Shown here piece after piece: positions 1 through 9,333 of a DNA stretch of 32,084 bases (positions within the stretch are counted from its first letter, which is position 1; each line of letters opens with the position of its first letter). This DNA is from Mesotaenium endlicherianum (lineage: Eukaryota): NCBI GenBank assembly GCA_009602735.1, contig WELA01001083.1:1-32084 (forward strand), given 5' to 3'. The position numbers and the translations under genes are program-made. The notes under the pieces are model-generated. The model was not told where the DNA came from, made no database searches, and saw only the letters and a program-made list of their open reading frames with translations.

Positions 1-34
1 CCCTCCAACTTATCATGTTGTCGCCTCGACAACA
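1..34 (-). promoter_or_regulatory. Terminal polypurine tract (TAAGTTGGAGGG, 1-12) preceded by an 8-bp hairpin TGTTGTCG-AGG-CGACAACA (16-34)
   Basis: The same hairpin and PPT directly precede the 3' LTR of copy B (21209-21243). Confidence 0.85.
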
Positions 35-83
35 CTATCACTAGTAACAGCGTGCTGCCCTTCTTATCCCCAGCCTGTTGCCC

Positions 84-1751
84 TTAGGAGGGAGATATCC
101 CTGAGGCCCTATGCTCAGGGGAGCCAGACCTTTTCCTGTCTTGGGGTCTTTTGAAGCCTGTCAGAGAAGGGGGTTCCGTGTAAGGACCCGGCGGAGAACG
201 TAGTAACTGGGCTGTTTCCTCCTGCACAGTCTGCAACTGAAGGGAGGCAGCCTTCTCCTGGGCAGCCCTCAAACTGACAGGTACGTATACCGGCATCCCG
301 GAAGGATGTTGCATGACATGAGCCAAGGGTACATGCCCTCTCTGCAAGGGAGATGCTGGCAGACCTCTGGCTATCTCTCGAGCAGCCCTCCTCTCTGCCC
401 TGTCCGACTGGGTCTCCTTGCCTGGAGATGAGCTCTGTCCTCTGGCAGTCCCCAGCCAAGTGATAACCTCCTCTTGAGCGAGTTGCGGCAGGGCCCACCC
501 CGTCTTCTCCCTTACAGGGGATGTGGCAGGTGTCAGGATCACGGCGGGGCTAGTGTCCTCCTCCTCGCCTTCCTCCTCGTCTTCCTCCGACTCCGCCTCC
601 TCGCCGTCTCCGGGTTCCTCTGAGACTTCTGGGGTCTCCTCTGTCCGCTGCTCCAGCTCTTCCCGAGAAGAAGAATATCCTACTGACCTTCCCCTTTTGG
701 GTGCTGGTGGGGGCTGCTGAGTCCGGACCGCATAGAGGTCCTTTTCCCCCTGCTTACTTGCCCATTTGGCATAAGCGTGCTTCCCTTTGGAGAATGACTC
801 TCGGGCCCTGCTTCTGTCCCCCTGCATCTCTTGGCTCATGCAGTCTCTGACTCCATCCAATCTTGGGTCCCAAGCCGCAATGTGAGGGGGCAATACTATG
901 TTCCCCTTTAGGTCTGTCAGGAAATCCTCATCCGTCGCCCTGTCATTCTGCTGGTCCCTCATGTTGATGGTCATCCACCGCCAATCAGTGGGCTTTTGGA
1001 AGAAGGCAGCGTCTGTCTTTTTGAGAGTACAAGGGTACCAGTGCCCTGCAAAGTCCAGCTGACTGGTTTCTCTGGCCAAGAATTCCCAGCTCCTCCTCTC
1101 CACCTCATTGTACATGGCCTTGAACCTGTTGTGGGGTGTTGAGTCCTTGAAGCTGTCCGCGTCCATGGGGATCATCCTGATGACCCTATCTGCCCCCCAG
1201 ATACCAGGAATCGAGACAGCTCCTGCTTCGTTCACCTGGGCCATTGCCTTGGCCTCTCCGATGGTATATCCTACCATCCTGGCGTAATCGTGGTAGAGGA
1301 GGAGCCCTGTGCCGACCTCTATATACTTGTCAAAGTTTTCGGATGTCTCCCCTTCCTTCTGGAGGATTTCCTTCTGCGACTCACTGCGACTTCTCTGGGC
1401 ATACTTGAAGGCCTCCTCCAGTAGATCAAAGCCCTTGCCCAGCACCGTGTAGCGGTAGCTGCTGATTCTCCTCTGTTCTTCTTCTTCAGCCTGCTGCTTC
1501 CGCTTCTCCTCAGCTTGCCTCTCCTCCTCTGCTTTCTTGGCCTCCTCTGCAGCTTTTCTGTCCATTTCTTCCTGCCTCAGTCTGGCCTGTTCCTCCTCCT
1601 CCTTCTTCTTCTGTGCCTCCCGCTGTTGTTGGAGTCGTTGTGATTCCCGAGCGGTGATGGAAGATGATTCGATGTCTCCACGGAATTGCAAGTATTCTGC
1701 ATGTGCCTCTTCCGCCCTTCTCTTCCTCTTGAGTTCCGACTTTTGAGTCAT
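84..1751 (-). CDS. Extra ORF (ORF3) of retrotransposon copy A, unknown function: N-terminal charged coiled coil, Trp/Pro-rich globular core, acidic/disordered C-terminus
   Basis: Open for 558 codons (frame from 1760, first ATG at 1751), same sense as gag-pol, between pol and PPT; a clear homologue sits at the same position in copy B (shared YNEVERRSWE, PTDWRWMT, LPPHIAxWDPRL, FSKGKHA, GHVPLAxVxQHPxGMPVYV). Confidence 0.85.
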   Translation of the reverse strand: MTQKSELKRKRRAEEAHAEYLQFRGDIESSSITARESQRLQQQREAQKKKEEEEQARLRQEEMDRKAAEEAKKAEEERQAEEKRKQQAEEEEQRRISSYRYTVLGKGFDLLEEAFKYAQRSRSESQKEILQKEGETSENFDKYIEVGTGLLLYHDYARMVGYTIGEAKAMAQVNEAGAVSIPGIWGADRVIRMIPMDADSFKDSTPHNRFKAMYNEVERRSWEFLARETSQLDFAGHWYPCTLKKTDAAFFQKPTDWRWMTINMRDQQNDRATDEDFLTDLKGNIVLPPHIAAWDPRLDGVRDCMSQEMQGDRSRARESFSKGKHAYAKWASKQGEKDLYAVRTQQPPPAPKRGRSVGYSSSREELEQRTEETPEVSEEPGDGEEAESEEDEEEGEEEDTSPAVILTPATSPVREKTGWALPQLAQEEVITWLGTARGQSSSPGKETQSDRAERRAAREIARGLPASPLQRGHVPLAHVMQHPSGMPVYVPVSLRAAQEKAASLQLQTVQEETAQLLRSPPGPYTEPPSLTGFKRPQDRKRSGSPEHRASGISPS

Positions 1752-2014
1752 CCTGCTCAATCATAAACACAATGCAGTTAGTGAAGTCATGATATTTTGC
1801 CGCTACTGAGTGCCCTTGATGAAGAGGAACGCGATCGGGAGAGTTCCTAGTGTGGAATACCTGGTGTGAGTGAATATAAGGGAAAATTGAGTTAGAGAGC
1901 AAGTGAGTGTGAGCGCAGGTTGAGTGTGTAATATGGTGATCAGAGAATACCACTCCCTCCAACTTAATTTTAAAGGTGGGCTGCCTGTCACAACTGTCAC
2001 TAACTGTCACATCC

Positions 2015-2048
2015 CCCTCCAACTTATATGGAGACAGGACCTCCTGTC
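2015..2048 (-). promoter_or_regulatory. Internal hairpin (GACAGG-N4-CCTGTC, 2033-2048) plus PPT copy (TAAGTTGGAGGG, 2015-2026) just after pol; a further PPT copy at 1954-1966
   Basis: Exact 12-mer match to the terminal PPT; equivalent hairpin and PPT at 19092-19126 in copy B. Confidence 0.7.
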
Positions 2049-2075
2049 ACCTTCCCATGTCTACTGAAGGGACAG

Positions 2076-5000
2076 TTAGGGCGGTGCCCCAGCCGCCCGA
2101 AGGTGGAACCGTTTCAACGCCCCTTTGGCATTGGTCAGCTGGTCTTTAAATTCCCAAGTGTCCCCAGAGGCATCGTAACCCTTCCATCGGATGAGGTACT
2201 TCATGACATATTTAGACGATCGACGGACCGAGCGAGCGTCTAAAATCTCATCGACCTCATATTCCTCAGGGTCGCCGTCCCGGACAGCGGGGACCGGTCC
2301 CGGTTGGACAGGTAACCGACCTGTGAACAGTGTATCACCTTTGATGTATGGTTCCAGGAAGGAGACATTAAAGACCGGGTGACCCTTGTAGTCAGCTGAC
2401 ATGTTCAGTTTGTAAGCATTCTGACCGACACGACGGACCACCGAATATGGACCGACCCAGACAGGGCCAAGCTTTTTCTTGACCACACCAGGGAGGTACA
2501 GGTGCTGAGAATGCAGTTTGACTAAATCCCCCTTGGAAAATGTCAGTTCCCGACGGTGTTGATTAGCGTATTTTTGTTGGTTTTCTTGGGCCTTGTGCAA
2601 GTTTCGTTGGACTTCTGACAGGGTGTCAGCAAACTCCTGAGTTAACTGGAGGGAGACCGGGTTGTCAATCCCTTCAGGGTGAGTTAAAGATTCCCCTAGC
2701 ACATCTAGAGGAGACTTAGGGACTCTACCCAGGCTGAGTTCAAAAGGAGTTTTGCCCGTTGACGCGTGCACCGCACTGTTGACCGCAAACTGAATTTGAG
2801 GCAACAGGTCATCCCAATTATCTTGTTTTTGGTTAATATATGCTCTCAGCACCTCCTGCAGAACTCGGTTAGTTCTTTCAGTCTGCCCATCAGTCTGAGG
2901 GTGGTTTGCTGTGCTGAGCAGCTGTTTGACTCCCATTAACCCCATTAAAGCTCTCCAGAACTTAGAGGTGAATTTTGAGTCTCTGTCTGAGATGATATTA
3001 GAAGGGAGCCCATGTTGGCATACTACATGGTTGTAAAACTGTCTCGCTGTTTCGAGTGCAGTCACTTTGACAGTTGTGGGGATAAAAATGACCATTTTTG
3101 TCAGTTTATCCACGACTACCAGTATTGAATCATGCCCGTTGGCAGTTCTTGGTAGTGAGACCACCCAGTCCATGGATATAGTTTCCCAGCGTCCCGCTGG
3201 GATGGGTAGCGGTTGCAAGAGACCTCCGGGTGGTGTGTGCCGAGACTTATTTCTCTGACACTGGTCACAGGACTTGACATATTTCAAGACCTCCCGGGGT
3301 AACCCCTCCCAATGATAATGTTTTGCCAGTTTGCCAACAGTTTTGGCCTGCCCCAAATGTCCACCCAGGAGACTGTCATGAGCTTGACTCAGTAAGAGAG
3401 ACCTTATTTCCAAATTATTAGGAATGACCAGCTTCAGCCTGCCTGAAGTGGTTTCAGTCACCCAGACCCCTCCCTTGAGCTTATACCCGAGTGCGGTAGC
3501 ACGACACATACCAGTAGTGGGGCTGGGCTCAAATGTTGGGTCAGAAAGGTAGGCTTTCCTAAGTTGTTCAAGGAAGGACTTTTTCACCTTTAGTGAAGTG
3601 AGTGCACACAGGACTTTATCTACAGCATGCTGACTAAAGTTCCTTTCTTGCAAGTCAGGTCTTCTAGAGAGTGCATCAGCAGGATTCAACTTCCCTGGTT
3701 TGTAGTCGATCTGGACTTGGAACTGCTCCAGCATCTGGCTCCAGCGGTTCTCCCTCCTCGACAGCTTGGACTTCTTCTGAAAGTGGGTCAGAGCTAGATG
3801 ATCTGTAATCACCTTAAAAGCTTTACCATGTAAGTATGCTCTCCACTGTTTGAGTACATGAATGATAGCTAGCAGCTCTTTATCATGCACTGAGTAATTA
3901 ATCTCCGCTGGATTAAATTTCATAGACTCATACAACACAGGATGCCACTCCTGCCGTACCTTACCATCCTTTGTGGTTTTGTCAGCAGGCTGCAACAAAA
4001 TAGCACCCATGGCAAAATCAGAGGCATCAGTAACCACCTGCACCGGTTTGCTGGGGTCATACACGGCTAGCACTGGGGCAGAACAAAGGGCATCTTTAAG
4101 GGTCTGGAAGGCAGCCTGCTGCTCTTCCCCCCACACATACCCGATGTCTTTCTTAGTAAGGTCAGTCAGTTTACTGGCCTTTGTGGAATAATTCTCAATA
4201 AATCTCCTATAGTAGTTAGCCAACCCGAGGAAGGATCTAACTTCAGAGACAGACTGTGGTACTGGCCAGTCCCTTATGGTCTGGACTTTCTTAGGATCCA
4301 CACTGATGCCCTCTTTACTGACAACGTGGCCTAAGAATTCAATACTTTCCTTAAAGAAATCACACTTGCTCATTTTAGCATACAAGTGATTTTTCCGCAG
4401 AGTGTCCAGCACTTTCTTTAAGTGTTCAGTGTGCTGAGCTTCATCTTTAGAGAAAATTAAAATATCATCCAGGAAAACTTGCACAAACTTATCCAAATAA
4501 GGTCTGAAAATGTCATTCATAGCACCCATAAAGGTAGCAGGAGCATTAGTCAGTCCAAATGGCATCACGTTGAACTCATAGTGTCCATAACGTGTGCGGA
4601 AAGCAGTCTTGTGTTCATCCCCCTCAGCAATTCTGATTTGATGATAACCACTCTTGAGATCTATCTTACTGAACACCTTAGCGCCAGACAGGGTATCAAG
4701 CAAGTCCTCGATTCTGGGTAAAGCATACTTGTTCTTTACTGTAATTCTGTTCAGGGCTCTGTAATCCACACACATCCGCATACTGCCATCCTTTTTCTTA
4801 ACAAATAGGATAGGTGCGCCGTACGGTGATTTACTGGGAGAAATGTAACCATTTTCCTCCAGCTCTGCAATCTGTGTTTTCAACTCCTCACTCTCCAAAT
4901 AAGACAAGCCATACGTGCGTTGCCAGGGTGGCTGGCTACCAGGTAATAAATCAATCCTATGATCTACTTCCCGCTTAGGGGGTAGTCCTGGAGGCATATT

Positions 5001-5885
5001 AAACACATCCGTGTACTGAGCAACAATGTTTGCAGCAGTAGGGTGTTCCGGAGGGTGTACCTTTTTCTCAACCACTTCTTCAGGTTGAGGAGGTACCTCT
5101 CTTAGCAGCAGACAGAACATTCTGTCTTCCTTCTGGTTCCAGCTTTTGACGAACTCCATTGCATTCAGCAACTTGCATCCTTCTGGAAGCCTCTTCTTTT
5201 CCTTCATTTGCCATCCACACAGGACAAGAGGAAGAGCACTGGTGGGTGCCAAGTCAGTCTGCCCATCACTGGCTCCTCTCACTTTAACTGTACCTCTGCT
5301 CCAACACACTTCAGCTTGATGTCTATTAAGCCAGGACCTGCCTAGCACGAGATCATAAAAGCCAGTGTTGAGTACCTCAAATGTAAGCGTTTCAGTTAGA
5401 ACTGCAATGCCAGAACCTAACTGGACCTCAATAGGCTTGGTTATAACTCCTCCCGGGATACTTGAGGCATCTCCAAGGAATATTTTTCTATTCCCTTGGG
5501 TGACAGTAGGCAGCCTTAGCCGCTTAACTAAGTCCTTGTGGATAAAAGTATGTGACGCCCCTCCGTCAACAAATGCCCTCACCTTCCTACCTGCAATCAT
5601 GCAATGCAGTAGGATAGGGGGGACTGTCTTTTCCTGACTTTCGCATTGTTCTCCTGACGTAGCAAAGAAATGTTGGACATCAGGTGGAACAAGAGCATCC
5701 AGAGTGTGCACTCTCTGGACGTCTATATTGCTGATGGTCTCCTTTATCTGGTTGTCAGGCATGCATAGTGAATCCAGTTCAGCAGGACCCATAATACCTG
5801 CTACGAGGGCAGCTAGTGACGACTCACTATCTCTAGCATCCTCACAGTCAGTAGACTGGATTACTGACTGTTGCTGTCTTTTAAA
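2076..5885 (-). CDS. pol: Pol polyprotein: aspartic protease, reverse transcriptase, RNase H, integrase (HHCC, DDE, GPY/F), chromodomain; probably entered by -1 frameshift from gag
   Basis: Uninterrupted 1238-aa ORF (2076-5792) whose frame stays open up to the slippery site at 5879-5885. Motifs [29 protein letters not shown]...GH...[30 protein letters not shown]...YLIRWKGY...TWE. Confidence 0.97.
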   Translation of the reverse strand, partial: FKRQQQSVIQSTDCEDARDSESSLAALVAGIMGPAELDSLCMPDNQIKETISNIDVQRVHTLDALVPPDVQHFFATSGEQCESQEKTVPPILLHCMIAGRKVRAFVDGGASHTFIHKDLVKRLRLPTVTQGNRKIFLGDASSIPGGVITKPIEVQLGSGIAVLTETLTFEVLNTGFYDLVLGRSWLNRHQAEVCWSRGTVKVRGASDGQTDLAPTSALPLVLCGWQMKEKKRLPEGCKLLNAMEFVKSWNQKEDRMFCLLLREVPPQPEEVVEKKVHPPEHPTAANIVAQYTDVFNMPPGLPPKREVDHRIDLLPGSQPPWQRTYGLSYLESEELKTQIAELEENGYISPSKSPYGAPILFVKKKDGSMRMCVDYRALNRITVKNKYALPRIEDLLDTLSGAKVFSKIDLKSGYHQIRIAEGDEHKTAFRTRYGHYEFNVMPFGLTNAPATFMGAMNDIFRPYLDKFVQVFLDDILIFSKDEAQHTEHLKKVLDTLRKNHLYAKMSKCDFFKESIEFLGHVVSKEGISVDPKKVQTIRDWPVPQSVSEVRSFLGLANYYRRFIENYSTKASKLTDLTKKDIGYVWGEEQQAAFQTLKDALCSAPVLAVYDPSKPVQVVTDASDFAMGAILLQPADKTTKDGKVRQEWHPVLYESMKFNPAEINYSVHDKELLAIIHVLKQWRAYLHGKAFKVITDHLALTHFQKKSKLSRRENRWSQMLEQFQVQIDYKPGKLNPADALSRRPDLQERNFSQHAVDKVLCALTSLKVKKSFLEQLRKAYLSDPTFEPSPTTGMCRATALGYKLKGGVWVTETTSGRLKLVIPNNLEIRSLLLSQAHDSLLGGHLGQAKTVGKLAKHYHWEGLPREVLKYVKSCDQCQRNKSRHTPPGGLLQPLPIPAGRWETISMDWVVSLPRTANGHDSILVVVDKLTKMVIFIPTTVKVTALETARQFYNHVVCQHGLPSNIISDRDSKFTSKFWRALMGLMGVKQLLSTANHPQTDGQTERTNRVLQEVLRAYINQKQDNWDDLLPQIQFAVNSAVHASTGKTPFELSLGRVPKSPLDVLGESLTHPEGIDNPVSLQLTQEFADTLSEVQRNLHKAQENQQKYANQHRRELTFSKGDLVKLHSQHLYLPGVVKKKLGPVWVGPYSVVRRVGQNAYKLNMSADYKGHPVFNVSFLEPYIKGDTLFTGRLPVQPGPVPAVRDGDPEEYEVDEILDARSVRRSSKYVMKYLIRWKGYDASGDTWEFKDQLTNAKGALKRFHLRAAGAPP

Positions 5886-7339
5886 GGCTGGTCTTTTCTC
5901 TCGACCTTAGGCAGGTGCTTGACCGGACACTGTTCTCTGTAGTGGCCTTTCTGCTGACAATGGTAGCAAGTAGATTTTGCTGAGGCTGGTCTCGGCTTAG
6001 TCCTACCACCACCCCTTCCATAGCCACCTCGAGAGGGACCACCTCTACCTCTAGACTGAATAGCATTGTACTCATACTCATATTCATCACCCTGATTATC
6101 CTCAGCCTGGTCTCCTTCAACTGCATTGTAGGAACCGTGGGGCTTTTTGACAATCTTAGACACCAAAGCGTTACTCTGGCGCTTGTGATTGAACTGCTGC
6201 TGATCCCAGGCGTCAGCATCCTGGATCAAGTCAGCCAGTTTCTCATACTTTTTCTCAGCAAAATGACCAGAGACCTCGGATTTCAAGCCATACCTGAAGT
6301 ATGCTATCCTATACCGTTCTGGCAAATCAGGCTGCTTCATCATGTTCTCTTGGAACTTTTGAGCAAACTCAGCAACTGAAGTGGTCTGCTTCAGTGTCAG
6401 GGAGATCATCGCATAGATAGCTTTCTCCTGCTGGTTGATGACATCAAACTTCTCATGCAACTTCTCGACAAACTCTACCCACGTAGGGTCACCGAGTTGC
6501 CGAGCCTTACGCTCTTCCTTCCAGTAAAGCCACCAGTCTGCGGCACTGCCTTTCAGTAGCGCACCGGTGTGCCTGACCTTCTCGTAATCTTGCAGTTCTG
6601 GGTAGTTCTCCAGCCACTGCTCAACATCCGCGAGAAACTTGATCAGGTAATATTTTCTGTTTCCCTCAGGATCATAGTCCTGGGGAGGTTTCGGCTTGGG
6701 CTTACTAGGCCCTCGGCCACCACCACTAGTGGTGTGAGACCCCAGTTGGTCTCTGTCCCGGAGTAGGGACATTATGATTCTTTTGTCCTCCTGCTGGGAC
6801 TGATACATGGTCGCCATTTGCGACTGCATCTGAACGAACAATGCTCCCAAGTCTACATTTTGGGGTGGTAGATTAGCAAATGCAGCAGCAGCATTGGCAT
6901 CTACTCGCTGAGTAGTGTCCTCAACAATCCCTCTTGCTCCTGCAGCAGCAATTCCTGCCGCATTCAGCCGGTCACGTATTTGACCTAGGGGTACATTGAG
7001 TTGTACGGCAGGAGGTGGGTTCAGAACATTGGCCCTTGATGCCATAAGTTCTTCAACAGTGCGCTCGTCAGCTGGCTGTCCTTCCCTCCTTTGTATATCT
7101 TCAGCGGCCTTTGCTACTTGTTCAGCTTCTAGTCTGGCTATCTCCTCCTCAGCTTGCTGAGCTGCGACTGAGGCAATAGCAGCTGCCTCATCTGCAGCCT
7201 CCCTAGCTGCAGTATCCGCTACTGCTTCCGAATAGGTACGGTTTCCCGCTACATGGCTTTCCGCCTGGTTTTCGACATTCTCGTTATCCTGGTTCTCCAT
7301 GTCTCGGGAGTTGCTAGTTTGAGACCTTGTCCTTACCAT
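5861..7339 (-). CDS. gag: Gag with retrotransposon capsid-like region, RGG tract and CCHC zinc knuckle
   Basis: 492-aa ORF directly after the [12 protein letters not shown]...PTWVEF capsid-like motif; [14 protein letters not shown]. Confidence 0.95.
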   Translation of the reverse strand: MVRTRSQTSNSRDMENQDNENVENQAESHVAGNRTYSEAVADTAAREAADEAAAIASVAAQQAEEEIARLEAEQVAKAAEDIQRREGQPADERTVEELMASRANVLNPPPAVQLNVPLGQIRDRLNAAGIAAAGARGIVEDTTQRVDANAAAAFANLPPQNVDLGALFVQMQSQMATMYQSQQEDKRIIMSLLRDRDQLGSHTTSGGGRGPSKPKPKPPQDYDPEGNRKYYLIKFLADVEQWLENYPELQDYEKVRHTGALLKGSAADWWLYWKEERKARQLGDPTWVEFVEKLHEKFDVINQQEKAIYAMISLTLKQTTSVAEFAQKFQENMMKQPDLPERYRIAYFRYGLKSEVSGHFAEKKYEKLADLIQDADAWDQQQFNHKRQSNALVSKIVKKPHGSYNAVEGDQAEDNQGDEYEYEYNAIQSRGRGGPSRGGYGRGGGRTKPRPASAKSTCYHCQQKGHYREQCPVKHLPKVERKDQPLKDSNSQ

Positions 7340-7360
7340 ACAAAGAAGACTGTGATAACT

Positions 7361-7372
7361 GCTCCGATACCA
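7361..7372 (-). promoter_or_regulatory. Primer-binding site, initiator tRNA-Met type (TGGTATCGGAGC)
   Basis: 1 nt from the LTR end; one mismatch to the canonical plant iMet PBS TGGTATCAGAGC. Confidence 0.85.
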
Positions 7373-7373
7373 C

Positions 7374-8093
7374 TGAAATGAATCGACTTACCAAATAGGC
7401 GATTAACAATTAATAAAGATCTTTATATCAGCAAGTAATCTTTATGGTATTTCCGTTAACTAGTTAAACGGCAAAGGACAATACACTAGCAGGGAATAAT
7501 ACTCGTAAGTCAAATGCGAGTAAACTAGCATCAATGATGCAAATCAGTAAACTCATACATAAGCAAGGTTAGAAGACAGTGCGTATCAATGGCTTCTCGC
7601 CTTGGATTCAGAGTTCTCTCAGTAAGCTGTACAAGAGAGTTGGCCTCGTTTCCGAATGCCGAACTCGAGAGCAATGCCTAGCATATGTACATGGAATGAG
7701 TTTACTGTTCAACGGTCAGTGCGATGGCACCGCCTACCCGGGAGTTAACCACGTTGGTAGGACCTCGGTTAACCAAATCCACCGCCATCTCCCATCATCC
7801 CGAATCGCCATCCATCATAGGGATGTCCTGTGGCCATTCATCTAGCATACCACACTTAGATTCATATTGAGGCAGTTCGCTGCTACCGAGTACGGAAGTC
7901 AGCTGGCTGTCAAAGAATGTGTCAGCAAGCTGACTTAAGGTGGCCTCAGCCTGCTACTTCCGGCCAAGTCATTAAATTGATATTAAGTATAAAGTCCAGC
8001 TGACTGATTATTAACTAGAGTTCAGCAGGCTGAACTTATTCAACTATTTTATTTAAATGAATATTATATCGACCAGTATACTGATTCATTACA
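7374..8093 (-). repeat. 5' LTR of copy A (720 bp)
   Basis: TGTAATGAATC...GATTCATTTCA termini (TG...CA, 10/11 inverted repeat); homologous to the four other LTR copies in the window. Confidence 0.95.
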
Positions 8094-8238
8094 TGTGAGC
8101 TAATCTTCTAGATCAGATTGAGTTTCTGCTTGCCCAAGTGCTTTCCTACTTCATCAAGTCCTACTCCTACTCCTACTCCTACGCCTACTTTTCTCTTCCC
8201 TACTTTATTCTTAATTTCTCCTATGTATGCTGCTCTAT

Positions 8239-8820
8239 GCACACTTGTACTCCTACTCTATTCTATCTTTGATGAAAGCATAGCTCCTTCTATTCAATTA
8301 TATGCTTTTACATTCTATTATTGTATATTGCATATATGCACATATATCACAAATTAAACTAGATTTGTGACAAATCATTGCACACATGCAATATTTTTCA
8401 TCTAATTTTTCAGTTTCAAACCAGCTACCGCCCAAATTCAAAAACACCTGACAACATCAATGATGATCGAACATACAAAAGCTGCTGTCGAAGTCATTTC
8501 TCATTCATTGCAGGACAAAGCAAGTTTGGAAGCTTACAGATTCCACCCAGCCCACCCTAGAGAAGTACAAGTGAAGTGCAAGGATGTATATAAGAGGAAG
8601 CGAGATGCGGAATTGAAGATGAAGTGATAGATTGGATAGATATGACACAGCATAGTATAGACTAGAATAGAATAGTAAAAATGTAACATTTAATAGAGAG
8701 AGACTTGCAGACTTCTACTCCTACTCTATCCCTATCTTTTATAAAAGCCTATCTCCTATTATATTATATTCTTCTACATTCAATTATGATAGAGAGTATA
8801 TATGCAGATATATCACAAAT
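8239..8820. repeat. Diverged ~115-bp AT-rich direct repeat (8239-8356 and 8707-8820); a short (CTACTC)n tract lies just upstream near 8160-8182
   Basis: Both copies run from GCA(C/G)ACTT(G/C)TACTCCTACTCTAT to TATATGCA(C/G)ATATATCACAAAT. Confidence 0.6.
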
Positions 8821-9333
8821 ATCCTCTCAGAGCAACCAGGTTCGCTCGCGTGCCGTTCAACTTGTCGCTCCAGAGAGAGAAATGGTGCGACTGTTACGAC
8901 GCTTGACAGCGGCCAAGAGCGACCGGTTGTTGCCAACTCCCTTCAGGACTTTACCCGCTTGCTGTCGCTGGCTGGATGCACTGGAAGCTTGAAACTCAAC
9001 TAATGAAAAAGCATCAGCATGCGGCACAAACTTATGAGTTAAGGCACGCTAGAAGCTTCTTAGTGAATGAACGACCAAGACGTACACTCTGGTATAGAAG
9101 GCGCTCACATCAATAACCATCCTCGTCAAGGCAAGAGGTGCAACTTCAATGGGAGTCCAATTTGGTCCCTTCATGGGACCCCACTTGATGCTGACATTGC
9201 GTAAATATACGTCGTATATCTGGTCCATAAATAGACCGGACGTGTTGTGACTGACCCGTCATAGTTTCTTGCTTTGGTTCGTAGTGGAATGCAATTGCTC
9301 TCTTGTATTTCTATCAGGAAACCCCAGAACGTG

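Larger units (their letters stand above)
1..8093 (-). mobile_element. Ty3/gypsy chromovirus LTR retrotransposon, copy A (apparently intact; 3' LTR lies beyond the window start)
   Basis: 5' LTR 7374-8093, PBS 7361-7372, gag, pol with PR-RT-RH-IN-chromo order, extra ORF, and PPT at 1-12 matching the PPT that precedes the 3' LTR of copy B (21231-21243). Confidence 0.95.

Noticed and set aside
84..1760. ORF3 as an envelope gene
   Set aside because: No signal peptide or hydrophobic transmembrane segment visible; the protein is highly charged
7579..7845. 88-aa ORF (MRINGFSPWIQ...) recurring antisense in four LTRs
   Set aside because: The recurrence reflects LTR near-identity; GTG start, no recognisable motif, no evidence of selection
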